Part shown: positions 48,321-61,954 of the stretch, one piece after another
Layout: each line of letters opens with the position of its first letter
Numbering within the stretch: position 1 is the stretch's first letter
DNA from: Octopus sinensis
Taxonomy: Eukaryota
Assembly (NCBI RefSeq): GCF_006345805.1
Contig: NW_021833023.1
Coordinates: forward strand, 1-64,000
DNA: 64,000 nucleotides
Reading direction: 5' to 3'
Made by a program: the position numbers and the translations under genes
The notes under the pieces: generated by a model
The model's input: the letters and a program-made list of their open reading frames with translations, nothing else
Databases searched by the model: none
Told to the model about the DNA's origin: nothing

Positions 48321-49262
48321 CTTGTCTGGTGGTAAAATTTTGTCCAAATTTCATTGTGTTACTTCGTAACACAAACACCAATAACCTACAAAAAAACTAT
48401 GATGGAATACTTTTGTTTGACCGCTTTTCAAAGGCATTCATGCATGCTTCTACCCCTTCATCATGGTCAATATTCGGATATAAGGAAGAAACGTCCATGG
48501 TTATCAAAAACCACTTTTTTGACATGGATTTGGGGCCTTAAAATGATTTGTACTGACAGAGGTGATAACTGGAAACATACAAATGCTTTTGTTCATCATT
48601 ATGTCAAATGCAGTTACAGTGAATCATGATAAAAGGAAATAGCAAATGACATAGCTAAGCCGGGTCATAGTGCTAGTGCATGCATATACAGCTGCGTGCG
48701 TGTGCACATACACGCGAGTACTGTCCAAATCTCTGACCAATCACATACAGCTAGCTGGCATTCAATTGGCATATCAAGTTTCGGGCATTTTGATTGGGTT
48801 TTGGATAGAAAATTCACAAAGAAGTCACTTCTATTGATTTTTGAATGGCTTTGCAGGGTGACTGAGGAAATGTAAAGATGTGCACGACCACCTTTGGATG
48901 GTTTTCAATGACCATAGAAAGTGCAAGCTCTCTAACTGGAAAATTTTGCCGTTTATGTTTATAAGAGATTAGCAAAGAAAGTCAAACACAATACAATATG
49001 TGAGAGAAATTCTTTAGTGATTAACTAGCACTGAAATTTCTCTGGCATTTCAAAAGTGTTGCCTGAAAGATACCAGCATGTGGCAGAAAAAATATCCTTG
49101 TTTCAAACAGAAATTTCCTCAGCCACCCATTCTAGCTGTTAGATAGTGTAGAAATATAAGAGAATTATTGACCTTTATTTCTGACTCCAAGGAAACTAAC
49201 ATTGGAGTATCTGCATGCTGTGCCTTGAAAACCAATCGTAAAAAAAAGGTAAGCCCTGTTCA

Positions 49263-49690
49263 TTGTGCAACAACATGAGTCAAGGGAATTCCATCAGGAA
49301 TCATAACAGAAATGTTATGATTTATACAGAAGGTGGGACATGTAGAGATTCCCATTTGGTGTATGCAGCAGGATGCATGAAACACAACTTGGTTTATGTT
49401 GGTTGTACATCAGAACAATTAAACAAAAGACTTAATGGGCACAGATATGATGTCAGGCACATTAATATTAGAGTAGTTCGACAGAACTTGCCGAACATTT
49501 CGCTTCAAGCGGCTGCAATTATGAAGAAGACTTGAAAGTGCATATTCTCAGAAAATATTCTGAATCTGCTTCACTTTCACTTCTCAAAATGCATGAGGAG
49601 AAATATGTTTGCAGGTTATTAACATCACGCCCTGGAGGAATGAATAAAATGACAGGAGAATATCATCAAATTCATACAAAACTGTTTGAT
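49263..49690 (+). mobile_element. Penelope-like GIY-YIG endonuclease fragment
   Basis: TCRDSHLVYAAGC..VYVGCTSEQLNKRLNGHR..EEKYVCRLLT..PGGMN. Confidence 0.8.
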
Positions 49691-49982
49691 TAGATAGTCT
49701 TCTTCTTTTTCCTTTTAATTTTTCATTCCTCTATTTTTCTGTCTTTTTCATTTTGTCTGTTATAAAATTGAAACTTAAAGACCGATGTTGTCATTCCATC
49801 AACGTTTGGACACTGGTTGCTCTCATTCATACTTTGGATTTAGATTTCTATAATTTTGAATTTTTATCACTTTGCATTTTGAACTCAACAAAGACAGGCT
49901 TACTGTTGAAATATCCTTCAACCAATAAAAATAGCTATTGCAATTGCATCGCGCTATTTGTCTTATCTGTTTACCTTTTAAA

Positions 49983-49984
<2 letters not shown>

Positions 49985-50018
<34 letters not shown>

Positions 50019-50104
50019 TATTAATAATAATAATGATAATGATATTAATAATAATAATAATAATAATGATATTAATAATAATAATAATAATAATAATGAT
50101 ATTG

Positions 50105-50146
<42 letters not shown>

Positions 50147-50148
50147 GA
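49985..50148 (+). repeat. (AAT)n microsatellite with periodic GATATT interruptions
   Basis: Directly visible. Confidence 0.95.
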
Positions 50149-51261
50149 AAGTTTTGATGGGAAGATTTTAGTTTATATACAAACAAACCTAGTTTTTCAT
50201 TTTATTTATCCCAAAGGGATGAAAGGTAATGAAGACCACCACAGGGTTTGAACTCAGCATGCAAAAAGCCAAAATCCTGCAATACTGCAAGGCAATTTTA
50301 CCAATGTTCTTAGAATTCTACTGGTCTGCCACCTCAAAATAATAATGATGATAATGATGGTGGTGCTGGTGGTGATGATGATTTTTTTATTAGCCACTAG
50401 GTTCAAAGAAAGACAAAGACAATAAGAAAATGATAAACATGGTAAGGGTTTACAAATAACAATAGAATTTGCCAAAAGGAAGGCTAACTGCTTCAAAGGC
50501 AAAGTAGGAAACTCCACTAAAACTCAATGGTCCTGACCAGCAAGGGCAAGCGCTCTCTCTCATCTATTGTTTCTCAAACAACAGGGCCATGCTCAGAGCA
50601 GGGCTGTTCACTGCATGACATTATCAACAAGAGCACTACGAGAGCACAAATTTCCACCAAGGTAACACCAATGTCCTCTCAATGATTAACCAGAGATGGT
50701 TTTTAAAATGAGAATATCTAAAAATGAATCCAATGGCTCTCAAAAATTAAGCAAAAAAAAAACAACCCAAAAAATAATCCAGAATCCTTGTCCGGTACCT
50801 GATCGATCCCAATGGTAGTCATGGAACGTGAAGGTGGCAGTAGAAAATTTAGTAACAGTAAAAAATAGTATATCCTTATCTAATACAAGCCAAAGTCAAC
50901 AATTTCACCATTCAAAATAGTTTCAAAGATAGGGTTAATAAAGTTCTACTCAGGAATTTTTAAACGAATAGCATGAGACCTTTTCGTTTTCTCTTCTCTT
51001 AAATTACAGCCTACCTTTGATATTCCTGTTGTTTTAGATCGATGTATAGATGTGTGTATATATGTAAGTATACTGTAAAGCGTTAATATGTATGTATAAT
51101 ATATAATATATGTGAGAGAAAGTTGAGTTCTCTTTCATCCTTTATTTTGGTTGGTTCCAAAGGTCGGTTTCTTATAAAGATTCTTCATATTTCATTGGTC
51201 GCTTACTGTTGTAAGAATAGTGAATATGAAAATGCTACAAGTATAAGGTGTGTTATGAGAA

Positions 51262-53672
51262 ACAGCTAAGACTCTACTCCCTGGAGAGAAGATGGGAGAG
51301 GCATGCAGTAATATATATCTTGAAATCCTGGAAGGAAATGTGCCAAATTTTGGCATTGACAGCTACACCAATGCCAGAACGGGACGACGCTGCATAGTGC
51401 CAAAGATCCCAGCAATGCCATCACACTTCAGGACCAGTTACTGCAACAGCCTGGGTTTCAAGGGCCCACAGCTTTTCAATATTCTCTCAAAGAGTCTGAA
51501 GAACTTGCACAAAGTAGATGTAGCAGTTTTTAAATCAAAGCTGGACATCTTCCTGTCGAGAGTCCCAGATGAACCTACCTCACAGGGTTAATATAGGGCG
51601 TTACGTCTATCAGAAAATCAAAAATAAAATGTGTGTAATAGGTGTAAAACAACTTCCTATGAACGAATATGAAAAAAAAATTCGCGCACGCGAAAGGGGG
51701 GTGGGGGAGAGGCCTCAGAAAATTCACATCAGGAAGTTCCGAAAGCGTCTGAGGGGCTGACCCGGGCACCAAAACAAAAATAAAATAATGTAATATGTGT
51801 AAAACAACTTGCTCTAAACGAATATGAAAAAAAAAATGCGCTCTCGCGAAAGAGGGGTGGGGGAGAGGCCTCGGAAAATTTATATCGGGAATTTCCGAAA
51901 GCGTCTGAACCGGGCACAAAAACAAAAACAGCGTAATATGTGCAAAACAAATTGCTCTAAACGACTATCATGAAAAAAATGCGCGCTCGCGAAAGGGGAG
52001 TGGGGAGAGGCTTCGGAAATTTCACATCTTCAGTCCATGGCCTTTAAACTATGAAAAAATAGTGTAATTGGTGTAAAACTACTTGTTCTAAACGAGTATC
52101 AAGAACACACACATGAATCATAAACTCCGTATTTTTGTACATATTTCGCAAAAAAAAAATAAAATAAAGAGAAGAAATTCTGGAAAAAGTGAAGAAATGT
52201 TGGATCTCCGCCATGTGAATCAAAATACGTGTCAGAAACATCTTGAAATACTACAGAAATTATGTTACGAAAATGATAATGTATACATACCTCTTTGAGT
52301 GGTCCATCGACAATGATGATAAAGAAATGAGTTGGATTTGAACTCAGAATATTGACTAACACAACTACATACTACAAGACTCAAAATATTCAGCCAAGTC
52401 ACCACCCTTTAACTAGCAATAATAATAACATCAATAACATAACAGCCAAAAGATTTATTTGTTCTGAAAATAACAATCATAGTAAATAAATATGTTCTTT
52501 AATATTCACATTCATGTGCACAGTTAAACACACTTACATACAAACAGTCACGCATGCATAATACAGAACGGAACACATAAATGAAGGATGCATTAGTTAG
52601 TATATATTACATCTAGAGAATTTTGATTAATAAGTCAAATATGCAAATTATAAAGATAATTAATTGCTTTACTAAACAGTGTTGTAAAGGTGAAAAAATA
52701 AATTTGGGAAAAAAATACATGCCAAAACTAATTAATAAAGGATAATTAGGGAAGGATTGACACAAAATAATTATTTTTTCTGATAAATGCATCTTAATAA
52801 GTGAGAAGAATTGCATATATCTGAACTATTTCAAAGAAAAGCATAAATTTAATGTTTAAAATAGCTTTGACCAAGGAATGAGATCCAACATTTCTTCACT
52901 TTTTCCAGAATTTCTTCTCTTTATTTTTTTTTTTTTTGCGAAATATGTACAAAAAAACGGAGTTTATGATTCATGTGTGAGTGTGTGTTCTTGATACTCG
53001 TTTAGAACAAGTAGTTTTACACCAATTACACTATTTTTTCTTAGTTTAAAGGCCGTGGACTGAAGATGTGAAATTTCCGAAGCCTCTCCCCCACCCCCTT
53101 TCGCGAGCGCGCATTTTTTTCATGATAGTCGTTTAGAGCAAGTTGTTTTACACCTATTACGCTGTTTTTGTTTTTGTTTTTGTGCCCGGTTCAGACGCTT
53201 TCGGAAATTCCCGATATAAATTTTCCGAGGCCTCTCCCCCACCCCTCTTTCGCGAGAGCGCATTTTTTTTTCATATTCGTTTAGAGCAAGTTGTTTTACA
53301 CATATTACACTATTTTTTTTTTGTTTTGGTGCCCGGGTCAGCCCCTCAGACGCTTTCGGAACTTCCTGATGTGAATTTTCCGAGGCCTCTCCCCCACCCC
53401 CCTTTCGCGTGCGCGAATTTTTTTTTCATATTCGTTCATAGGAAGTTGTTTTACACCTATTACACACATTTTTTTTTTGATTTTCTGATAGACGTAACGC
53501 CCTATATTAACCCCTCACAGCAAGAGGTGCAAATGAGAGTAGCTATATCAAACTCCATTCTTCACCAAGTGCCACATATTAGAGGAGGCTCTTAGTAATA
53601 ACAGTGTAGCACAAAACAGCGGTGCATCAGCATGGCCGCAGCTCTGAGCTGAAACTAAAAGAAGAAAAAAAA
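51262..53672 (+). mobile_element. CR1-group LINE 3' fragment (51262-51585 plus 53513-53672), split by a foldback element
   Basis: LYSLERR..ILEGNVPN..GPQLFNIL..FKSKLDIFLSRVPDEPTSQ|QEVQMRVAISNS, then an A-rich tail. Confidence 0.85.
51586..53512. mobile_element. Non-autonomous foldback DNA element, 1927 bp, about 620-630-bp TIRs, GG...CC ends, 8-bp TSD
   Basis: cctcacag at 51578-85 and 53513-20; arms 51586-52208 and 52880-53512 with internal tandem subrepeats. Confidence 0.92.
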
Positions 53673-54261
53673 AGAGTTTATAGAACAAATATCCTATACT
53701 GTTAAAGATGGAGAAAAGAAGATGTTAAAAGTTTGAAAAGAATTTAATCCATGCATGCGATTGTTTCAAACAGAAACATAAACATGTCAATAACATAATA
53801 GGAAAATTAGAAATCAATGTAATTATAATTTTCTTATATTCACTTTCACATTACCTTATATTAGTTAGGAAATTATTTATAAAATATTACTATAGATTTT
53901 TCACCTCCTTTATGCCAAACTAGATTCTCGACTCATATTGAAATTTTTAATATTTATACAAAGACATAGTCAACCTACAAAATATAGAAACGTACAATTT
54001 TTTAAAATAACACTTTTACGACTTGGTCTCAGCCGTATTTCCCATACATTGTTATTTTTTCTCAACCTCTCAAAAACACTTGATTATCATCGAACGGTTT
54101 TTTCAATATTCTTAACCACAGCAAGTAATTTCTTTCTTTATTCTGTAATATTAACAACTATTCTTCTATCTTTATTTCTTTATCTTATATTTATTTCACA
54201 CAAACAAATATTAGTTTTTTCACTAAAAAAACTTTCCCTATTGTATTAGCTATTGATTGTG

Positions 54262-54510
54262 GGAGGCACGTAGCTTAGTGGTTAGGGTGTCAGCATCATG
54301 ATTGTAAGATTGTGGTTTCGATTCCTGGACCGGGCGACGCATTGTGTTCTTGAGCAAAACACTTCATTTCACGTTGTTCCAGTCCACTCAGCTGGCAAAA
54401 ATGAGTAACGCTATGATGGACTGGCGTCCCATCCAGCTGGGGAACACATATGCCATAGAAACCAGGAAACCAGGCCCATGAACCTGGTTAGGCTTTAAAA
54501 AGGGCACATG
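54262..54510 (+). mobile_element. tRNA-derived SINE (second family)
   Basis: ggaggcacgtagcttagtggttag..ggtttcgattcc head; tgtgttcttgagcaaaacactt core. Confidence 0.8.
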
Positions 54511-55479
54511 TATTTTATTAGCTATTAATTACTCCATCGCAACTCCGTATATATTTTTTGTTTATAATTCAAGTAGCTTAAATAAAACTGTATTAACTAT
54601 TTCCTATTTCTTATTCTCAAACAAGAATTTTTTAAAAAATAATTTCTTTAAATATACACCATACTTAATATTTCTTACCACTTATAACTGTCAAATCAGA
54701 TATTAATTTAAATATAGCTATGCTGTCCCATTTGATGCTTATATATATATATATTACTTCTTATGATAAATGCCTTATATTTATATCGAGTGTATATCAC
54801 TTAATTACTTATTATTATATAGAGAAAATGTTTCTTAAACATCTTACACTTGTATTTTAAAGTAACCATTAGCTGCATCAGTTTTAGTTCATACACAACT
54901 ATGACTCAATAACACTATCTTAGCATATATAATAAGTATATCTGAATATGTTATGTGCTATTCACTCCATCAAGTCTTCTGTGACAATAATAAAATTATT
55001 TTTTGATGTATTCTTTTTTTTGCACAGAGGAGAAGAGTAATATGTAATTAATTTAATTATAATTAAATTGATTTCTAATTTTTCTACCATGTTATTTTCA
55101 TGTTAATATTGCTGTTCGAAACGATTGTATGCATGGATTAAATTCTTTTCAAACTTTTAACATCTTCTTTTCTCCATCTTTAACAGTTTGTTCAGTTTCT
55201 GTAGGATATTTGTTCTATAAATTCTCATAACACACCTTATACTTTTAATATATGATATATACATTATAAAAATATGTTAATGTTATTTAATTTCTGAATG
55301 GTTTTACTGCTGTTTGTTAATGTAGTTTGATTTGTTTATCCATCAGTTTCTATTAAGATAAAGGTGCAAGTAAAATTAATGATAGAGAAATGAAAATAAA
55401 ACTTTAGAAACAACCTAAAGGGAGATAATTGAGAAAGACTTGAAAGTGAACGTAAGATCATAATCATGTAAAGTAAAGA

Positions 55480-55628
55480 TAACAAATAATCCAGACTCCT
55501 TGTCCGGTATCGGATAGATCCCAAAATTTAATCCATTCATGCTAGCGGTTCTTGAGATATCTTGTCCATAGACAAACAAACAAACAAGACTGAAAACAAT
55601 ACCTCCGCCTTCACTAAGGTGGAAGTAA
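55480..55628 (+). repeat. Dispersed repeat ending in a short hairpin (acctccgcctt-cact-aaggtggaagt), possibly a Helitron-like end
   Basis: Partial second copy at about 50770-50815; classification is inference. Confidence 0.4.
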
Positions 55629-55659
55629 TACTAATAATAATAAGAGGACTGATAATAAT

Positions 55660-56280
55660 AAGGGAATTAATATTGGTAAAAGACCGCATGGAGCTAGAGT
55701 CAATATAGACTCCTATGTAGGTAATAGTGAAGCCAGTTCATTAAGAGATGTTAAAGTCACAGCAATACATAGGGAAACCCCAAAAAGAAAGTAAGTGAAA
55801 AAACCAGAAAAAGAACAAAAGTTATCTGATTGGCAGGAGAAGGCTTTGCATGGTAGATTCTCAAAGATATTTGCAGCAAATAATAGTCATAAAACATGGT
55901 TGTGGTTGAAGAAAGGAAAGCTGAAAGGGAAACAGAAAGCTAGGTAGTAGCAGCACAAGATCAAGTGCTAATGACTAATTGGATAAAAGCCAAGATAGAC
56001 AAAAACCAAGTAGATTCCCAATGTGAGTTATGCAAATGAAAAAGGGAAAGTGTTATTATAGAAAGTGAATGTAGCATGATGGCACAGAAAGAATACAAGA
56101 AAAGATAACCTAGAGAGAGCAATCCACTGGACGGTCTGTAGAAAGCTAGGATTTGACCATACTGATAAATGATATTAGCATGAACCTAGTAAATTATTAA
56201 AAAGTAAGAAATATAAGATGTTGTGGGACTTTAACATTCAGACTGACAGAATAATAGAAGCTAGAAGGCCTGATTTGGTG

Positions 56281-56313
<33 letters not shown>

Positions 56314-56690
56314 ATAGTAGATAAAGACAATAGAAAGTGTGCCAGATAATTGACTTTACAGTCCTAAATGATGAAAAAAATCAATATGAAAGGTATACAA
56401 AAAATTGTAAAGTATCAGGACCTAGTCATTGAATTACATAGATTATGGAAAGGGTAGGTAAAATGTATCCCTGTAGTTATAGGGGCATTAGGAACTGTCC
56501 CTAAATATTTGAGTAGGTAGAGGAAATAGGCATAAAACCTAGTTTAGTACAGCTCCAGCAAATGGTGTTATTAGGGACTGCCAGGATACTCAAGAGGGTT
56601 CTAGGCATCTAAGGTTACTTGTTGTAGCACGATGTTAGGATTATTTTCATTTCCAATGGTGTAATCTGTTGTGTGCATATGAAAATAATA
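55660..56690 (+). mobile_element. Old Dong/R4-type 3' fragment ending in TAA repeats
   Basis: WLWLKKGKLK, AAQDQ, MLWDFNIQTDRIIEARRPDL, GTARILK remnants with stops. Confidence 0.75.
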
Positions 56691-56721
56691 ATAACAACAA
56701 CAACAATAATAATAATAATCA

Positions 56722-58385
56722 GCCACCTTTTATATATGGATGACCTAAAACTATTATGCTACAAATGACAAACAGCTGGAAACACTACTAAAGACAGTTC
56801 ATGGATTCACCGAAGAAATAGATATGAAATTTGGATTAGAAATATGCGCCAAAGTAACCCTGAAAAGAGGAAAACTAGTTAAGAGTAGCAACATCACACT
56901 AGATAAAGCCAATGAAATAAGAGAATTAGACCAAAGCCAAACTTACAAATACTTAGGAATCCATGAACTAGATAAGACAATGCACACAAATGAAAGAAAA
57001 AATAAAGAAAGAATACTATAGATGAGTTAGATCAATACTAAAAACAGAGCTCAATGCTAAAAACAAGATAATAGATATTAACACTTTAACCGTCCCAGTT
57101 ATAAGTTACAGCTACAATATCCTTAACTGGATGCTAAATGAACTAACCAAAATAATAGGAAAACAAGAAAAATAATGACAGGATCTAGGATGCATCACCC
57201 AAAATCTGACATAGAAAGGCTATATATACAACGTATAGAAGGTGGTAGAGGCCTTATAAAGCTGGAAAACTATTTTAAAATAACCACCATAGGACTGCAA
57301 AAATATCTACTTCAGAAGGAAGGAAAACTGATACAAATAGCGGCAAATCATAAGAAAAATAAAAAATTGTTCTCAGTAATTAAAGAAGCTGACAAATGCA
57401 AACAAGAAATCATACTACCTAACAAATATGAAGAAGAAGAAGAAAACATAACAAAAGCTATAAAGCAAATGAAATCAAAACTAAAACTAGAACAGCAACG
57501 GACCATGATAAAACGATGGCAAGAAAAGCCCCTTCATGGCAAGTACTGGATTAAACTAAATGCAAAAGAAATAGACAAAGAAAAATCCCAGCAGTGGATG
57601 AGAAGCTCAGGATTGAAAGCAGAGACAGAGGGATTTTTAATAGCAGCACAAGACCAAAGCCTCCCCACTAGAAATTACCAAAAACATGTAATGAAAAGAA
57701 ATATAACAAGTAACTGCAGAATATGTGGAGATGGACAAGAAACAATAAATCATATTATCTCTGGCTGCCCAGTCCTGGCTAAGAAGGAATATATTCACAG
57801 ACATGACAGAGTTGGAACCTACATACACTGGAAGCTATGCCAACATTATGGAATAACAACAGAAAAAAGATGGTATAGGCACACACTAGAAAAGGTCACA
57901 GAAAACGAGAAAGCAACCATACTCTGGGATATGCCAATACACACAGATCAAGAAATTAAGGCCAATAGACCAGATATAGTTGTCAGAGATCATGAAGAAA
58001 AAAATGCTTTCTAATTGATGTATCAATACCAGCAGATGACAACGTGTCTCTAAAAGAAATGGAGAAACTTTCGAAATACAAAGACCTGGAAACAGAGGTA
58101 ACTAGAATGTGGAATCTAAAAACAGAAACAATTCCTATCATAGTAGATGCATTAGGCATGATAAAAAAATATTCAGACAAATGCATAACTAAAACACCAG
58201 GACTTACGAACACATATAACATACAGAAAATTGCACTACTAGGCACTGCACACATCCTACGCAAAACACTTTCAATACAGTAACCATCAGAGCATCACAA
58301 CAAACCACAGCACATACCCAAGGCACACAGAGCTGCGCTCGGTAGTGAAGTGAAAGCACGTTATAAAAATAAAACTACTGAATGA
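56722..58385 (+). mobile_element. Younger Dong/R4-type retrotransposon, 5'-truncated
   Basis: YMDDLKL, KFGLEIC, GGRGL, AAQDQ, CRICG..ETINHIISGC (CCHC), RPDIV, EKLSKYKDL; several frameshifts and stops. Confidence 0.92.
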
Positions 58386-58394
58386 TAAACGCAT

Positions 58395-58786
58395 ACCTTC
58401 CATCAGACACCTACCATATTCTGAGTGCCTTGTTTCCCTGGGCATGGATTCACTGAAGCTCCAGCGTCTGGCGACGGACTTGGTAAACACCCTCAAAGTT
58501 ATCAACCACCTCACCAACAACAACACTGAACACCTTTTTGATCTCCATGTGTCTAACACACGTGGACATGCCTACAAAGTCAGAAAACAACACAGCTCCC
58601 ATGACTTTCGGAAACATTTTTTCACGCTCAGAGTTGCTGAAGCATGGACTAAACTGCCTGCGTCAGTTGTTGACTGCCATGACACTGCATCCTTTAAGGC
58701 CCTCATGCTTTCCGAAATCCGCCGAAACTACACCTGATTATACATACACTTTAGATGAGTTGTAGTGCACCTGAGCACTGTACACA

Positions 58787-58790
<4 letters not shown>
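58395..58790 (+). mobile_element. CR1-clade LINE 3' fragment
   Basis: NTRGHAYKV..RKHFFTLRVAEAWTKLPASVV, then a TTA tract. Confidence 0.85.
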
Positions 58791-58828
<38 letters not shown>

Positions 58829-59004
58829 ATAATAATAATATAAAGAGATGCTCATTGAAATTGGAAAATGTGGTATATCAATGTGATTATGAAGCCAGTG
58901 ATTGTAAGAAGATTTGGACTGATCAAAAAAGAAACTGAAAATTATGTTACGTACTGAGTAGAAAATTGTTGATGTGAGAACGATAACCACCATCACCACC
59001 ACCA

Positions 59005-61905
59005 TCATCATCATCATCATTTAACATCTGCTTTCTATGCTGGCATGAGTTGAATGCTTTGACTGAAAACTTGGTAAGCTGGGTGAGATGGTGGGGGAGG
59101 CACACAAGGCTCCAGTCTGATCTGGCTTGGTTCCTACAGCTGGATGCCCTTCCTATCATTAACCACTTCAAGAGTGTTGCGAGTGCTTTTTACGTGCCAC
59201 TGGCATGGATGCCATTGACCTCACACCAGCATCAGCCATGACTACCGTCTCACTTGGCTTGACAAATCAACACAAGTATGGTACATCGCCAAGGGTCTTG
59301 GTTACCTGTCACTGCCTCCATGAGGCCAAACACTCGAACAGTACTTTTGACATGCCGTCAGGATGGGTGCCAGTCAGACAGCACTAGCATCGGCCATGAC
59401 ATTACTCGTTTCAACAGGTCTTCATGAGTACAGCATATCATCCAAAGATTGAAGGGTGCTTTTAATGGGCCACTTTATGCGACACAGGCATCAGCCACAA
59501 GTATGATCTCACTTGGCTTTTTTTTTCTTTAGAGGTTTCTTAAGCACTGTCTTGGTCGCTTGTCATTGCCTCTGTGGGGCCCAACAGTCAAAGAGCGTAC
59601 TTCACCACCTCATTCTATGCCTTCCTAGGTCTAACCTTCCACCACTAGATTGTAACACTTGTTCACACATCTGTCCTCATCCATACGCATCACACGGCCA
59701 TACAAGCACAGTCGTGTCTCTTGCGCACCACATCTGATGCTTCTTATATCCAACTTTTCTCTCAGGATGCTGATACTTTGTCATGCATGCACACTAACAT
59801 TACACATCCAGTGAAGCATACTAGCTTCATTTCTTTCAAGCCTATGCAAGTCCTCAGCACTCACAGTCCATGTTTCACTGCCGTGTACTATAGCTGTTTG
59901 TATACAGGCATCATACAGTCTGCCTTTCACTCTGAGTGAGAGGACCTTTGTTACCAGTAAAGGAAGGAGCACTCTGAACTTTGCCCAGCCTATTCGTATT
60001 CTAGCAGCTATCGTCTCAGAGCATCCAGCTCTGCAACTGACTTGATCACCTAGGCAATGGAAGCTATTGACTACTTCCAGTTTTCTCCACTGGCATGTGA
60101 TGGAATCTATTTCCTGTTCATGTTTGGTGCTTATTGTACCTGTCCACTTTCCACACACAAAACCTATCTTCCCAGTTAACCTTCCTCTGCTGAACCATTT
60201 ATGTTTCCAAAACTTACACCAAGTGCATTTTACAGAGTTACTACCTACACCTTTTCTATAGATTGAGCAGGGTCATCTACCTGAAGAGATTTGTGATTTA
60301 TCTACCTTCCTATTTACTAAGACTTTGGTTTTTTCCAGGTTAACTCTAAGGCCCTTCAATTCTAGACCGTGCTTCCATACCTGGAACGTCTTCTCTAGTT
60401 CTGGTAGTGACTCAGCTATAAGAGCAAGGTCATCAGCATAGAGGAGCTCCCAGGAGCAGCCTGTCTTGAATTCCTCTGTTATTGCCTGGAAGTCTATAAT
60501 GAACAAGAAGAGGCTGAGGACTGATTCTTGGTGAATCCCTACTTGTACCCTGAATTCTTTGCTATACTTGTTGCCGACCCTCACCTTACTGACAACATCT
60601 TTGTACATGGCTTGTACAACTTTCACTAACAACTCGCCTATCCCTAGTTTCTGCATTAACCCCAGATAAGGAATTGGAGGACCCTGTCAAAAGCTTTCTC
60701 CATGCCAACAAAAGCCGAGTACAGAGGTTTATCTTTGGCTGGGAGTTTCTCCTGCAGTTATCTTACCAGAAATATAGCATCAGTGGTGCTTCCTCCCTGG
60801 CACAAACCCAAACTGCACTTCATCTAAACTAATTCCCTCCCTAATTAGTTGGGCTATGACCCTCTCCGTGGCTTTCATCACCTGATCCAACAATTTGATA
60901 CCTCTGTAATTATTCGTATCTAATGCATCACCTTTACCTTTGTGGCAGTCGACTTGGTACTGCTACGTCAGTCATTGAGTATGACTTCTTCATGTACCAC
61001 CTCATTGACTATAGGGGTGTCTAGACCATAGCCTACACAGCCAGATATTTTAAGTATCTCAAGAATTATTCCTGATGGGCAGGGGGCTTTCCCTGTCTTC
61101 AGATCCTTAATTGCTTTATCTACCAAGGTACTGTCAATTTGGATAGCTGATCCTTCAGTCTGGTCGACATTTGGCAGACTCTCTTTCTCCCATTCATTCT
61201 CTTCTTTTAGCAACCTTTCATAGTGGTATCTTTTTCTTTGCAGAATCATTAAAAGCATGTGCACCATCACCCATGCAGACACATTTCTCTCCTATGACAT
61301 CATGATTCTCTCTCACACACTATCTTGCAATTCAAAACACTTCAAGTCTCTGATCCTCCAAATGCAGAATGTTTGTAAATCTATTCTTTTCTACTTCCCC
61401 TCTGGCTATGTAAACTTGTCTCCAAGCTTCCCTTCTGGCAATCTGATACAATTCCCTGCTACCACTACAATTCCAATCCTTCCAGACCTGTAAATTACAT
61501 TGTTCCATTACTATGTTTCCTTAGGTCAACTGGGGACTTTGTACCAACCACAGATCTGGTCAGTAACCCTCAACAGGTTATCCTGTAGGAACCTCCAGTT
61601 GTCTTCCACATTATGTGATGCTATGGTCTCTTCTTTTTCATCTGTCCACTCACAAAATCCTTAAGCTTCCAGACCCTTCCTTGCTATCTTCTGGGCAGCC
61701 ATTTAGCCCTGATCCTGAACACAATAACCACTAACCTATTTTGTGGGGTGATTTTCTTCACCTGGGAAAATTTTGGCATTTATGAGCAGCCATCTTTCCT
61801 GTTTCCTAGAGAGAATGTTGTCAATCTGACTAGTGTGCCCACCAGTCTGATAGGCGAACAGGTGACTGGCAGGTTTCCTGAAGTTTGAATTACAAATTTT
61901 GCTTT
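59005..61905 (-). mobile_element. RTE-family LINE, endonuclease end through RT to 3' UTR, decayed
   Basis: SQIDNIL, KTGKAP, VGIHQESVLS, LLYADDLA, HGSETW in order. Confidence 0.88.
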
Positions 61906-61954
61906 CTACAAAAATTCATTTGATTTTGTAAATGAACAAGCTGGTGTCATCATC

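Larger units (their letters stand above)
51238..55245. mobile_element. Outer TA-flanked foldback/MITE (Tc1/mariner-like); left arm split by a CR1 insertion
   Basis: Left arm 51238-51261 plus 53677-53835 is the reverse complement of about 55045-55245; TA at 51236-37 and 55246-47. Confidence 0.75.

Noticed and set aside
50400-50700. Candidate upstream PARP exon
   Set aside because: No PARP14-like similarity and no convincing minus-strand acceptor/donor pair.
51586-53512. piggyBac/Kolobok-type element with TTAA TSD
   Set aside because: TTAA lies inside the TIR, and that reading leaves the duplicated cctcacag unexplained.
57175-58014. Active autonomous retrotransposon or host gene (279-aa ORF)
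   Set aside because: Part of a 5'-truncated Dong/R4 copy with frameshifts on both sides and most of the RT missing.
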